Shown one piece after another: positions 17,890 through 27,703 of a stretch of 32,000 bases of DNA. A program made the position numbers and the translations under genes. How positions within the stretch are numbered: the first letter of the stretch is position 1; every line of letters begins with the position of its first letter. The notes under the pieces were generated by a model that was not told the origin of the DNA, did not search any database, and worked only from the letters and a program-made list of their open reading frames with translations. The stretch is from Candidatus Heimdallarchaeota archaeon (GTDB taxonomy: Archaea > Asgardarchaeota > Heimdallarchaeia > JABLTI01), in contig JAUWKS010000004.1 of the NCBI GenBank assembly GCA_030614005.1, positions 60,001 to 92,000 of the forward strand, given 5' to 3'.

Positions 17890-19542
17890 TTATACTAAGA
17901 AATTAGTTGGGATAATCCTGTCCTTATGTTCTTGTCTGGAATAATCTGGGAAGAGAATTGGAGAGGGAGGATTCTTTACTTTGTGTTCATCACAAAGGGC
18001 ATTGTATTTTGTAATATGGTCAAGAGTCAATTTGCCTAGAGAAACTTTTGGTATACTCTTAGCTGTAGTGATACCTGCTGCTCTTCCGAATACACTAATT
18101 TCTAGCAAACTGTTACCCATTAGACGATTACTTCCATGTGTACCACCACAAACTTCACCAGCAGCATAGAGGTTTTTCACTGCGGTTGCAGTGTTTTCAT
18201 CAATTGCTAAACCACCGTTTTGATAATGAAGTGTTGGATAAATCAAGATTGGATCTTCAATCATGTTTACGCCAAAGCGTTCGAATTGTCTAACCATAGC
18301 AGCGAAATTCTTTGCAATAGTGCCTTCTCCATGAATTTGATCAATCAATGGGGAATCTAACCATAAACCAGGTTGCCCTGAGGGAGTTACTAGTCCATTA
18401 TTTCTTCCACCACATTCTCTAATGATCAAGCTTGCTTCAACATCTCGTGTCTCGAGTGGGAAACAGAATTGTTCACCATTTTTATTTAGCACTTGAGCAC
18501 CTTTTCCTCGCACTTTCTCAGTTACTAATAAACCGACAATTTGTTCTGGGAATGCAGCTCCAGTTGGATGGTATTGAACGGATTTCATTAACTTCAAGGG
18601 CGCACCAGCACGATAACCCATTACGCAGCCATCAAATGTTGCGCCATAATGGTTTGATGTTGGGAAGCCTTGAATATGTAATCGACCAAAGCCACCTGTG
18701 GTTACAACAGTTGCTTTAGCTTTTACGGTGATGTATTCCTTACTATCAAGATTTAGTAAAACAGCACCAGCAACTTGTCCTTTGTCATCTTTAATGAGCT
18801 CTACTGCTGGAGAGAATTCAATGATAGGAATTTCTTTATTGAAAACTTCATCTCTCAAAGTCTTCATGATTTCTGCACCAGTGAAGTCTTTGGCGAAATG
18901 CATTCTCTTTCTGGAAGTTCCTCCACCATGAATAGCATCCATGGTTCCATCGTCGAACTTATCAAACATCATACCAAGTTTTTCGTACCATTGAAGTAAT
19001 AATGGAGCATCACGTACTAATCTTCTAGTTAATGGAGGATCATTTTCATAATGTCCACCACCAATAGCATCTAGATAGTGAATTGCTGGACTATCTACTT
19101 CTCTTACAGCTGCTTGTATTCCACCTTGAGCCATAGTAGTGTTTGAATCACCCATTCTTAATTTTGTAGCAATCAGAATGTTTTCAGCTTTCACACCGTT
19201 TTTTATTGCCCAGAGTGCAGCATTTGCTCCAGCACCACCACCACCAATGATCAAAAGATCAACAACGAAATCAATTTTGTTGAGATCAACTTTCTTGGGG
19301 TCTAGTACTGATTTTGTTTCAATTATCTTTGCAACTTCAAGAGGAACTACTTCACCTTTTGAAACACCAAAACGCAGACTTGCTTTCTGTGCCTTAATGA
19401 AATCAGGATGGTAATTATTCAACACATCATCAATTTCATCTGGTGAACAGTGGTCCATTGTTACTTTTAATCGTTTTTCACGAGTTTTTTCAACTATTTT
19501 GATTGATTCTCGCATATAGTCTGGATAAGGATCGTTTACCAT
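17890..19542 (-). CDS. Fumarate reductase/succinate dehydrogenase-family flavoprotein (TfrA-like)
   Basis: IGGGGAG, AQGGI, HGGTSRKR, QYHPTG, TEKVRG, ETRD, HYQNGG and NRLMGNSL. Confidence 0.9.
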   Translation of the reverse strand: MVNDPYPDYMRESIKIVEKTREKRLKVTMDHCSPDEIDDVLNNYHPDFIKAQKASLRFGVSKGEVVPLEVAKIIETKSVLDPKKVDLNKIDFVVDLLIIGGGGAGANAALWAIKNGVKAENILIATKLRMGDSNTTMAQGGIQAAVREVDSPAIHYLDAIGGGHYENDPPLTRRLVRDAPLLLQWYEKLGMMFDKFDDGTMDAIHGGGTSRKRMHFAKDFTGAEIMKTLRDEVFNKEIPIIEFSPAVELIKDDKGQVAGAVLLNLDSKEYITVKAKATVVTTGGFGRLHIQGFPTSNHYGATFDGCVMGYRAGAPLKLMKSVQYHPTGAAFPEQIVGLLVTEKVRGKGAQVLNKNGEQFCFPLETRDVEASLIIRECGGRNNGLVTPSGQPGLWLDSPLIDQIHGEGTIAKNFAAMVRQFERFGVNMIEDPILIYPTLHYQNGGLAIDENTATAVKNLYAAGEVCGGTHGSNRLMGNSLLEISVFGRAAGITTAKSIPKVSLGKLTLDHITKYNALCDEHKVKNPPSPILFPDYSRQEHKDRIIPTNFLV

Positions 19543-19564
19543 GTTCTTTACACCTCAGTTCCTC

Positions 19565-20266
19565 TTAGGCTTTTTCCCGTACTCGCTCAGCATAGAGCTT
19601 TGCGAGACCTTTTTTATCGGTCTTCATGAGCTTTTCTAATTCAGCATCATATTTGCCTTTTTCAATTTCCTTGACTCTTTTGGTCATTTGTTTATATTCT
19701 GGTTGAATATAGCGACCGTAAAGTCTTCTAGCTAAAACACCAACATTAAATTGAGTGATTTCAGCTGGACATCTAGTGGCACAAAGTCCACACATTATGC
19801 AGTCAAAACTCAAAGTTGCTGCTAGAGCAATATCTCCTCTTAGTGCTGCTTGCACATAATCCATTACTTCAATGTCCATAGGACAAGCTTTTGTGCACGT
19901 ATTGCAAGAGATACATCTGGCAATTTCAGGATAAAACTCAAGCATTGTATTTGGTACTGCTTTTAAAGACTCTATATCGTAGAGTTTTTTGTTCGCGGGA
20001 CTAATTGGTATTTGAGCAACAATCATACCGTCTTCAACTTTCGTTGCACAAGCTAAGCCTGTGTAGAGTTTGTGATCTCCTTTCAAACGATATATTGTAC
20101 TACAGGCTCCACAGAAACCTCCACGACAACCAACGCCACGATCCAATCTCCATCCGAGATATTCGAAAGCTTTCATTATCGTTAGATTAGATGGAACCTC
20201 AAATTCTGTATTAGCAACAATTATTTTTACTTTCTCATAAGTCACTTCAGTGGTCGTTTTATCCAC
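19565..20266 (-). CDS. FrdB/SdhB-like Fe-S subunit ([2Fe-2S] plus two [4Fe-4S])
   Basis: GCRGGFCGAC...LAC, CISCNTCTKACP and CIMCGLCATRCP. Confidence 0.88.
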   Translation of the reverse strand: MDKTTTEVTYEKVKIIVANTEFEVPSNLTIMKAFEYLGWRLDRGVGCRGGFCGACSTIYRLKGDHKLYTGLACATKVEDGMIVAQIPISPANKKLYDIESLKAVPNTMLEFYPEIARCISCNTCTKACPMDIEVMDYVQAALRGDIALAATLSFDCIMCGLCATRCPAEITQFNVGVLARRLYGRYIQPEYKQMTKRVKEIEKGKYDAELEKLMKTDKKGLAKLYAERVREKA

Positions 20267-20267
20267 C

Positions 20268-21188
20268 TCATTTCTTTACTTTTACGGGAACTTTCATTGG
20301 AGTTCCCAATAACTTCCGTTTCCTTAATACGGGAGTGGGGTCAACATAATGTTCATGAAAACCCAATTCTTTCACATCTACTCCTAAAGCTAAAGCCATT
20401 AATTGAGTAAAGTATACTACTGGAATTTCAGGTAGTGCTGAATTCAATTCTCGAGCTTCCTTTTGGCGTCGATCTAAGTTAAATTGACATAATGGGCAAG
20501 AGACCACTAATAGATCTGCTTCTCTTCGTGCTGCAGAACCGATTATTCTATTTGTTCTATCAGCTACTAGATGCTTATCTTTTACAGTTAGATAAGAACC
20601 GCAACATTCAGTCATATAAGGAGTCTCAACTGCTTCTGCTCCGAGTGCAAAAATCAAATCAGAGAGAATAGTTGGTTTTTCAGGATTCTTGTCAATTGTT
20701 ACTTCTTTAGGTCGAAGTAAAGTGCAGCCATAGTAAGGAGCAACTTTCAACCCTTTAAGTGGATTAACAATTTTCTTTGCTATGCCAGCAATATCAACTT
20801 TTTCTAGCAAAAGTTCAAGTAAATGCCACACTCTTACATCACCTTCATAATCTTCTTCTTCATACATGAAAGCGTTTAAACGAGAAGCCTTTTCCTCATC
20901 ATTCTGAATGAGGATATTTGCTCGCTTTAGAGTATTATAGCACATAGAACAAGTGGTTGTAAGATCTGTAAAACCATCTTCACGAGTACGAATCATATTT
21001 CTCATTGGAGCTAATTGACTTGTAAGATTGTCTTCAGCCAATCCAAAGAAAGTGCCACAACAAGTCCATCGTGTTAATTCAACTAATTCTATGTCGAATT
21101 TCTTCATAACTTCTCGAGCAGTTAAATCCATGTATTTTGCGTATGATTTTGCTGTACAACCTGGGTAGTAGGCTATTTTTTCTGTCAT
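20268..21188 (-). CDS. hdrB: Heterodisulfide reductase subunit B (two CCG domains)
   Basis: YYPGC, TCCG, CSMC, YYGC, ECCG and CPLCQFNLD. Confidence 0.93.
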   Translation of the reverse strand: MTEKIAYYPGCTAKSYAKYMDLTAREVMKKFDIELVELTRWTCCGTFFGLAEDNLTSQLAPMRNMIRTREDGFTDLTTTCSMCYNTLKRANILIQNDEEKASRLNAFMYEEEDYEGDVRVWHLLELLLEKVDIAGIAKKIVNPLKGLKVAPYYGCTLLRPKEVTIDKNPEKPTILSDLIFALGAEAVETPYMTECCGSYLTVKDKHLVADRTNRIIGSAARREADLLVVSCPLCQFNLDRRQKEARELNSALPEIPVVYFTQLMALALGVDVKELGFHEHYVDPTPVLRKRKLLGTPMKVPVKVKK

Positions 21189-21205
21189 CTTTGTTTACGC
21201 TCCGG

Positions 21206-21613
21206 TTATGATGTTTGTTTCTTAAAGCTGCTAATAAGAGCTATTTGGGGTAATTCTTCTAGCTCCTCTTTTGTAAGAGCTTCAAGTGTGACATAGCTTT
21301 TCTTTGCTCTCAGTGAGATTTCTCGTAAAGATTCCATCACTTTAGCAATATCTATGCCTTTTGGACATCTTGCACTACATATTAAGCAAGAAGAACAGAT
21401 CCAGAAGGTGTTAGTATCCAAAACGGATTCATCGCCAAGTTGAATCTTATGAATTACTTGATTAGGTAGGAGGTCCATTACAGCTGATTCAGGACAACCG
21501 CCCGAACACTCACCACATTGATAACACCGCATAATATTAGCACCGGCGAGATCGAGGACCTTCTGACGAAATGCAATGCGTTTCTCAGTTTTGGTTAGTT
21601 TTACCATTGACAA
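21206..21613 (-). CDS. hdrC: Heterodisulfide reductase subunit C
   Basis: CYQCGECSGGCP and WICSSCLICSARCP. Confidence 0.9.
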   Translation of the reverse strand: MSMVKLTKTEKRIAFRQKVLDLAGANIMRCYQCGECSGGCPESAVMDLLPNQVIHKIQLGDESVLDTNTFWICSSCLICSARCPKGIDIAKVMESLREISLRAKKSYVTLEALTKEELEELPQIALISSFKKQTS

Positions 21614-21660
21614 TTATTTTCACTCCATTATTATCTCAATTAATTAATCATAACGTATTT

Positions 21661-22176
21661 CTAATTCAAGATTTTTTCAAGTTCTTGTTCAATTATTGCA
21701 ATTGCTTCTGGAACTGCTTTCTGAACTGTTTCAGAAAGTGATTCACTGAAGTCGCTGATATTTTCGACTTCGATGCCAATAATTGTAACAACTTGAGGTA
21801 ATTTATCCTCTCCTAGTTCTGTTTTGAGAAGATCATAAGCAGTAGCTAAATTGCAGTCGTGAGCACAATAAGTATGGATAGTTGTTCTAAAATCATCGAT
21901 TGAAAACTTGTATACATCACCAGGTGTTCCACCTTGTAATGCTAATCCATCAATCATAATGACATTTGAATATCCAATAAATCGTTCTACTAGACTTAAG
22001 CCACCAATGGATACTTCTTCAAACTCAAGTTCAGGAGTGTTGGAATATTTCTTCTCGAGTAGTCTAACAATGTGTATCCCTACACCATCATCTGATAGAA
22101 TAGGGTTGCCAATACCAATTACTAGTGTTTTGGCTTTTCCAGTGTTTTGATAATTCAGAGAAGAAATTTCATTCAT
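21661..22176 (-). CDS. [NiFe]-hydrogenase maturation protease
   Basis: GIGNPILSDDGVG, IMIDG and HxxH-like HTYCAH; adjacent to the large subunit gene. Confidence 0.9.
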   Translation of the reverse strand: MNEISSLNYQNTGKAKTLVIGIGNPILSDDGVGIHIVRLLEKKYSNTPELEFEEVSIGGLSLVERFIGYSNVIMIDGLALQGGTPGDVYKFSIDDFRTTIHTYCAHDCNLATAYDLLKTELGEDKLPQVVTIIGIEVENISDFSESLSETVQKAVPEAIAIIEQELEKILN

Positions 22177-23630
22177 TGGTTTTTAAGCACGTCCTTGAGA
22201 TTTTTGTCCTTATCGTATATCTTTACTTCAAGGGGCATACTACCAGTTGGAGTATGTGTTGAACACGCTAAACATGGATCATAGGATCTAAATGCAACTT
22301 CAACCATATTCAAGACTGCTTGATCTGTGTAATTGCCATTTTTGATAACATGCTTTGCTGCTTCTCTAACGCTAATATTGATTGGAGCAATATTGTGCGT
22401 TGTTGCAACAATTAGGTTGACTTTCGTAATCATGCCGTTTTCGTCTGCAGTGTAATCGTGAATAAGTGTGCCTCTTGGTGCTTCTACCATACCAATACCT
22501 CTTCCACCCATTTCTTTAGGAATAACGCGGTATTCATTATTGGTTATGTGAGGTTTTTTGCATAAATCTACAATAATTTCTGCTGCATTAAGCATCTCGA
22601 CTAATCGTGCCCAATTAGAAACTAGTTGTAAGTGACATGGTTTTGGTACCACTTCAAAAAGTCTCTTTTGTGCTTTTTGAGCAAGAGGGGTAGAATATTT
22701 TCCAATGTTCAATCGTGCAAGTGGACCAACACTGTATACACCACTTTCAGAACCTGATTCAAAACCTTTCCAACCAATTTTTTGAATGAAGGTTTGTTTT
22801 GCGGTGCACCATGGTTCGCAATGTTCAGTGATATGTTCATAATATTTATCGGCTGGGAAACGATCTATTTCCTTTCCCTCTGGATTAATTATTACTGCTT
22901 CGCTACTGTAATAATCAATGAGTCCATTCTCATCCACAGAAGCCAAGTAATTAAATTCGTTTTTGTAGATATCACCGGTGATTAACTTCAGGAGTTTTTT
23001 CTCTTTAATCAGATCTTCAAACCAGTCTAAACTCCATTGGCAGAATTTGACCATTTCTTTTGCACGCTTAAGAATTTCATCTCGTTCTTCTATTTTAAGA
23101 CCTTTAGATACTCCACCAGGAATAGCAGTAACTGGGTGAGTGGATTTTCCACCAAGAATTTGTTGGATTCTATGAGAATTATTTCTCTGTTTTAGAACCT
23201 CAACAGTTAAGTCTTTATCAGCACGAAGCATTCCAAGAAGATTCCTTTCTGCAGGAGGGGCATCTATCCCCATTACAAAATCAGGTCCAGCGAGAGCAAA
23301 GAAGTGAGCTGAATGAGAATACCATACATGAGCTGTTGCACCCATCCTTCGTAAATCTTCACCTGTTTTCTTAGGTTCAACATGAAAGATTAAATCAAGT
23401 GCTTTTGCACTGGCTATATGATGAGGCCAGGGGCATACACCACATATCCTACTCACGATTCGGGGCATTTCTTCTGCGGGTCTTCCTTCACAGAACTTTT
23501 CAAATCCCCTCAATTCTTGAACTTGGAAATATGCATCTACAGCATTTCCTTTGTCATCAAGAAATATTGATATTTTTGCTTCTCCTTCTAATCGAGAGAC
23601 GGGATTAATATAAATTGTCTTTTTTGTCAT
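22173..23630 (-). CDS. mvhA: [NiFe]-hydrogenase large subunit, MvhA-type (group 3c)
   Basis: SRLEGE, RICGVC, EAPRG and DPCLACSTH followed by a 26-aa cleavable tail. Confidence 0.92.
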   Translation of the reverse strand: MTKKTIYINPVSRLEGEAKISIFLDDKGNAVDAYFQVQELRGFEKFCEGRPAEEMPRIVSRICGVCPWPHHIASAKALDLIFHVEPKKTGEDLRRMGATAHVWYSHSAHFFALAGPDFVMGIDAPPAERNLLGMLRADKDLTVEVLKQRNNSHRIQQILGGKSTHPVTAIPGGVSKGLKIEERDEILKRAKEMVKFCQWSLDWFEDLIKEKKLLKLITGDIYKNEFNYLASVDENGLIDYYSSEAVIINPEGKEIDRFPADKYYEHITEHCEPWCTAKQTFIQKIGWKGFESGSESGVYSVGPLARLNIGKYSTPLAQKAQKRLFEVVPKPCHLQLVSNWARLVEMLNAAEIIVDLCKKPHITNNEYRVIPKEMGGRGIGMVEAPRGTLIHDYTADENGMITKVNLIVATTHNIAPINISVREAAKHVIKNGNYTDQAVLNMVEVAFRSYDPCLACSTHTPTGSMPLEVKIYDKDKNLKDVLKNQ

Positions 23631-23645
23631 GATAGTTCCCTCTAT

Positions 23646-24668
23646 TTACTTTTTAGAGCTCTCCTCTTCAGCAACTTTCTTTTTCGTTTTTATTATGTAC
23701 TCAGGTGTGAAAAACCGATAAAATGTACCAAATGGATCAGGAATTGTTTCCATCAATTTCTTCAAACCTTCAGGACCTAGTTCCGCTTCGATTTTTGCTC
23801 CACCTATTGAAGCAATTGCAGAAAGCATTTTTAATCCTGGATCTTTCACACCTGGAGCGGGACCAAAGCATCCTCTGCATGGCATATTTGCTCCTAAAGT
23901 ACATTGTCCACCACAGCCTGCACGCGTGGCAGGGCCCATACAAATAATCCCTTGAGAAAGCAAACATTTTTCTGGATCTGGATCAATCTCAAATGGTCGT
24001 CTAAATCTGTTTATGACGATTTCTTCAGGTTTTTCGCGACCACATTCTTCGCAAAGGGCAGTTTCACCAGCAACTACTGTTCCTTTTGGTGGTAATTCTC
24101 CCTTCTTGATGAAATTGGTAATAATATCAACAAGCATTTCCCATTGTGTTGGAACAGGAGGACAACCAGGAACAAAATAATTTACATCTACTTCAGATGT
24201 AAGTGGCAAACAAGAGTCTAATAATTTTGGTAAAGTCATTGCCCGTCCTTTTTTATATTCAGATTTAGGTCGCATATAATTTTGATTTGGACCAGATTCA
24301 TCAATGTTGTAGCCATTGGTATATACTGAATCTAAAATAGTTTGTGCATCATATGGATTTGCTAGTTGTGGTATTCCACCAAAACAAGAACAAGACCCAT
24401 AAGCTATCATTACTTTACTCTTTTTTCTGAACAAATGAGCAATTTCAGCATGCTCTGAGGTTCGGATAGGTCCATGATATAAGCAAATGTCAATTTCTTT
24501 ATCTTGGAGAGCCTCTACATCTTCGAATTTGAAATCAGCAGCAACTTGCCAAAATACAAGTTCAATGACTTCTTCGATTGGAATTAGCATCTCATTAAGA
24601 TTAATGATAGACATATCACAACCGCCACAAAATGAACCGGCTGCAACAGCTAATTTTATCTTCTTCAT
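23646..24668 (-). CDS. mvhG: [NiFe]-hydrogenase small subunit, MvhG-type
   Basis: CGGC, GSCSCFGG, PGCPP, CEEC, CMGPATRAGC and CRGCFG. Confidence 0.9.
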   Translation of the reverse strand: MKKIKLAVAAGSFCGGCDMSIINLNEMLIPIEEVIELVFWQVAADFKFEDVEALQDKEIDICLYHGPIRTSEHAEIAHLFRKKSKVMIAYGSCSCFGGIPQLANPYDAQTILDSVYTNGYNIDESGPNQNYMRPKSEYKKGRAMTLPKLLDSCLPLTSEVDVNYFVPGCPPVPTQWEMLVDIITNFIKKGELPPKGTVVAGETALCEECGREKPEEIVINRFRRPFEIDPDPEKCLLSQGIICMGPATRAGCGGQCTLGANMPCRGCFGPAPGVKDPGLKMLSAIASIGGAKIEAELGPEGLKKLMETIPDPFGTFYRFFTPEYIIKTKKKVAEEESSKK

Positions 24669-24669
24669 T

Positions 24670-25125
24670 TTAATGTTTGGCCTCCAGAGCTACCCTATTA
24701 TTTCTTAAGGGATTTGGGGGGAGATGTTTGAGTTTTTCAATAAACTCAGTCATTGTCTTTACGAACTTCTTAGCTTCCGAAGAAGAAATCCACTCGAGAT
24801 GTATTCGCTCATCTTCTATGCCCATTTGAGCAGCTAGTTCTTTGACCAAAACCATTCTCTTTAACGTTTTGTAGTTTCCAGTGACGTAATGGCATTCGCC
24901 TGGATGGCAACCTGCAACAATTACACCATCAGCTCCACCTGCTAAAGCATCAAAGATATAGGTAGGGTCAACTCGTCCTGAACAAGGGGTTACAATAGTG
25001 ATGACATTTGCGGGGTATTTCATTCGAGAAACACCAGCTAGATCTGCTGCATTACTACTACACCATTTGCAGAGAAATGCAATTACTTTGGGTTCGGGGT
25101 TTAACAATTCAGACATTGTACTCAC
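24670..25125 (-). CDS. mvhD: MvhD [2Fe-2S] adaptor subunit
   Basis: FLCKWC, PCSGR, GCHPGECHY and WISSSE. Confidence 0.93.
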   Translation of the reverse strand: MSTMSELLNPEPKVIAFLCKWCSSNAADLAGVSRMKYPANVITIVTPCSGRVDPTYIFDALAGGADGVIVAGCHPGECHYVTGNYKTLKRMVLVKELAAQMGIEDERIHLEWISSSEAKKFVKTMTEFIEKLKHLPPNPLRNNRVALEAKH

Positions 25126-25136
25126 GCACCTATTTC

Positions 25137-27131
25137 TTATTTAGCCTCCGTTTTTAAGGCAATTCGAATCATATTCTCGATTTGCTTATCAGTTTGATTC
25201 TTCAAAGTCAATGCTAAACTTGGGCATGCGCTTGCACACGTGCCACAACCTTGGCAAAGAATTTCTTTCACAACTGAAATGTTCTTTACAGAGTCAAAAG
25301 ATATTGCACCATAGGGACAAAGGCTTTGGCATACTTTGCAACCACTACATGCTTTTTCGTTTACAATAGCCACTATGGGGTCATGATAAAGTTGGGGTTT
25401 TGATAATAGAGCCATTGCTTTTGAAGCAGCAGCGCTACCTTGAGCAACACATTCAGGAATATCCTTTGGTGAGAGTGCAGTACCGGCAACAAATAATCCT
25501 TGAACTAAACTTTCGACTGGTTTCAATTTTACATGTGCTTCCTTGAAAAATCCATATTCATCAAGGTTACACTTTGTTACTCCTGAAAGTATTTTAGTGT
25601 CAAATGAAGGAATCATAGCAGGAGCTAAAACAACTAAATCAGCTTCTACTTCTAATCTTTCGCCTGTAAGTGTATTAGCAGCCCAAATTATCGTTTTATC
25701 TCCTTCTCTGAAGATTTTTGATGGTTTTCCTCTAATGTAAATTACACCCATTTCTTGTGCTCTATCGATGAATTCTTCGTATCCTCGACCAGCTGCTCGA
25801 ATATCGATATAAAAGACATACACTTCTGTTTCTGGCTCTTGATCTTTTAAGAGTAAAGCGTGTTTACCAGTATATGTACAACAGATTTTACTACAATAAG
25901 CCATATGATGTTCTGGGTCTCTACTACCTACGCATTGAACAAAAACAACAGTTTCTGGTTTCTTATGGTCAGATGGTCTTAAAACAGCACCACCAGTTGG
26001 TCCTGCACTATTTAACAAACGTTCGAATTGCAAACCATCTATGACATCAACTTCTGGACCAAAATCATATTCTGAAATCTTTGATATATCGTAGAGATCA
26101 TATCCTGTTGCAATTACTATTGCACCAACATTCAATTCTACGATTTCTTCTTTCATATCATAATTGATTGCTTTTTGTTCGCAAGCATCCCGACACTTTG
26201 AACATACTAAGGGGTGAATACCCAAACAATTCTCAATATCAAGTATATAAGCACTTGGAACTGCTTGTGGAAAAGGTAAGTAGATTGCTTTTCTTGGACC
26301 AAGTCCACCTTCAAATTCATTTGGAACTATTACTGGGCAGACTTCGACACAATCATCACACAAGTTGCAAAGCTCTTCAATAACAAATTTCGGTTTCTTA
26401 GTTATTTGAGCTTTAAAGTTCCCTACGAAACCCGTAACACTAGTTAGTTTAGCGTTTGTTATTAGCTCAACATTATCATGATGAGCTATTTCAGACATTT
26501 TAGGTGATAGGATACATTGAGAACAATCTAGTGTTGGGAATGTTGAAGTTAATTGAGCCATGTGTCCACCAATTGTTGGTGATTGCTCAACTAAATACAC
26601 ATGATAACCTGAGTTTGCTAAATCTAGAGCAGCTTGAATTCCAGTTATTCCTGCACCAACCACCATTGCATTACGATTTACGTCCACAGAAATTGGTGTC
26701 AGTGCTTCATTCAACAAAGCTTTTTCAACTTTAGTTTCAATGATTTTCATTGCTTTTACAGTTGCTTTTTCTTTATCTGAATGAACCCAGCTGCACTTTT
26801 CTCGAATGTTAGCTATTTCAACTTCATATTTATTGATACCAACATCTGCGGCAGCTTTTCTGAAAGTTTCTTCATGCAACGTTGGTGAGCAACATGCACA
26901 AATTATTCCATCTAATCGATGATACTTAATATCATCTTGAAGTGCTTTTTGACCTGGTTCCGAGCACAAATAATGGCTTTCAGCCGCATGAACTACTCCA
27001 TGAAGATTAGTGGCTTCTTTAGCAATGTTTTCAACGTCTACTGTAGCAGCTATATTCTTACCACAATGACACACGAAAACACCTAAACGTTTTGCTTCTT
27101 CTGGTTCTCTAGTTTTCTTTTTCTGAGACAA
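25137..27131 (-). CDS. hdrA: Heterodisulfide reductase subunit A (electron-bifurcating flavoprotein); TTG start
   Basis: VFVCHCG, VGAGITG, FPTLDCSQC, QCVGSRD, YCSKICC and two ferredoxin-like domains. Confidence 0.95.
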   Translation of the reverse strand: MSQKKKTREPEEAKRLGVFVCHCGKNIAATVDVENIAKEATNLHGVVHAAESHYLCSEPGQKALQDDIKYHRLDGIICACCSPTLHEETFRKAAADVGINKYEVEIANIREKCSWVHSDKEKATVKAMKIIETKVEKALLNEALTPISVDVNRNAMVVGAGITGIQAALDLANSGYHVYLVEQSPTIGGHMAQLTSTFPTLDCSQCILSPKMSEIAHHDNVELITNAKLTSVTGFVGNFKAQITKKPKFVIEELCNLCDDCVEVCPVIVPNEFEGGLGPRKAIYLPFPQAVPSAYILDIENCLGIHPLVCSKCRDACEQKAINYDMKEEIVELNVGAIVIATGYDLYDISKISEYDFGPEVDVIDGLQFERLLNSAGPTGGAVLRPSDHKKPETVVFVQCVGSRDPEHHMAYCSKICCTYTGKHALLLKDQEPETEVYVFYIDIRAAGRGYEEFIDRAQEMGVIYIRGKPSKIFREGDKTIIWAANTLTGERLEVEADLVVLAPAMIPSFDTKILSGVTKCNLDEYGFFKEAHVKLKPVESLVQGLFVAGTALSPKDIPECVAQGSAAASKAMALLSKPQLYHDPIVAIVNEKACSGCKVCQSLCPYGAISFDSVKNISVVKEILCQGCGTCASACPSLALTLKNQTDKQIENMIRIALKTEAK

Positions 27132-27132
27132 G

Positions 27133-27699
27133 TTATTTCTTAGCCTCCTGCTTTTTCACCTTTTTTGCATAGTTCTTCCCAGTTTTGAACGCTTTTTCGT
27201 TCAATTCCCTGAATCGAGCTGGTACGAATTCAATTACAGATTTTAAAATCGCTTTTTGATCTATATAGTCATTGAGTTCTGCAAAGAACCCTAGCATAAC
27301 AATATTCGCAACTATCTTTTTGCCAAGTTCTTTTTCAGCTATTGCTGTTGCAGGAATACTATAAATATGTCCAGCTTTCTTCATCCTATCATCGACGGGT
27401 ACGAGATTTTCTTCATAGAAAAACCATCCACCCTCTTTGAGAGAATCAATATGTGTAGTATACGCTTCCTTACTCATACAAATGAAAGCATCTGGTGCTA
27501 ATACGTAAGGAAAGTCTACTTCTTCTTCAGATATAACAAGATTACAAGCACTGGCACCCCCTCTGCTTTCGGGGCCATATGACTGAGTTGTTACAGATTT
27601 TCTCTTTTCAAAGATAGATACAGCAGCTCCAAGTATTTTACCCATAAGTGCTATACCTTGACCGCCAAATCCACACAAACGAATTTCAGTTCTAGTCAT
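27133..27699 (-). CDS. korC: 2-oxoacid:ferredoxin oxidoreductase gamma subunit (KorC-like)
   Basis: GFGGQG, SYGPESRGG and NIVMLG. Confidence 0.88.
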   Translation of the reverse strand: MTRTEIRLCGFGGQGIALMGKILGAAVSIFEKRKSVTTQSYGPESRGGASACNLVISEEEVDFPYVLAPDAFICMSKEAYTTHIDSLKEGGWFFYEENLVPVDDRMKKAGHIYSIPATAIAEKELGKKIVANIVMLGFFAELNDYIDQKAILKSVIEFVPARFRELNEKAFKTGKNYAKKVKKQEAKK

Positions 27700-27703
27700 T
27701 ATT

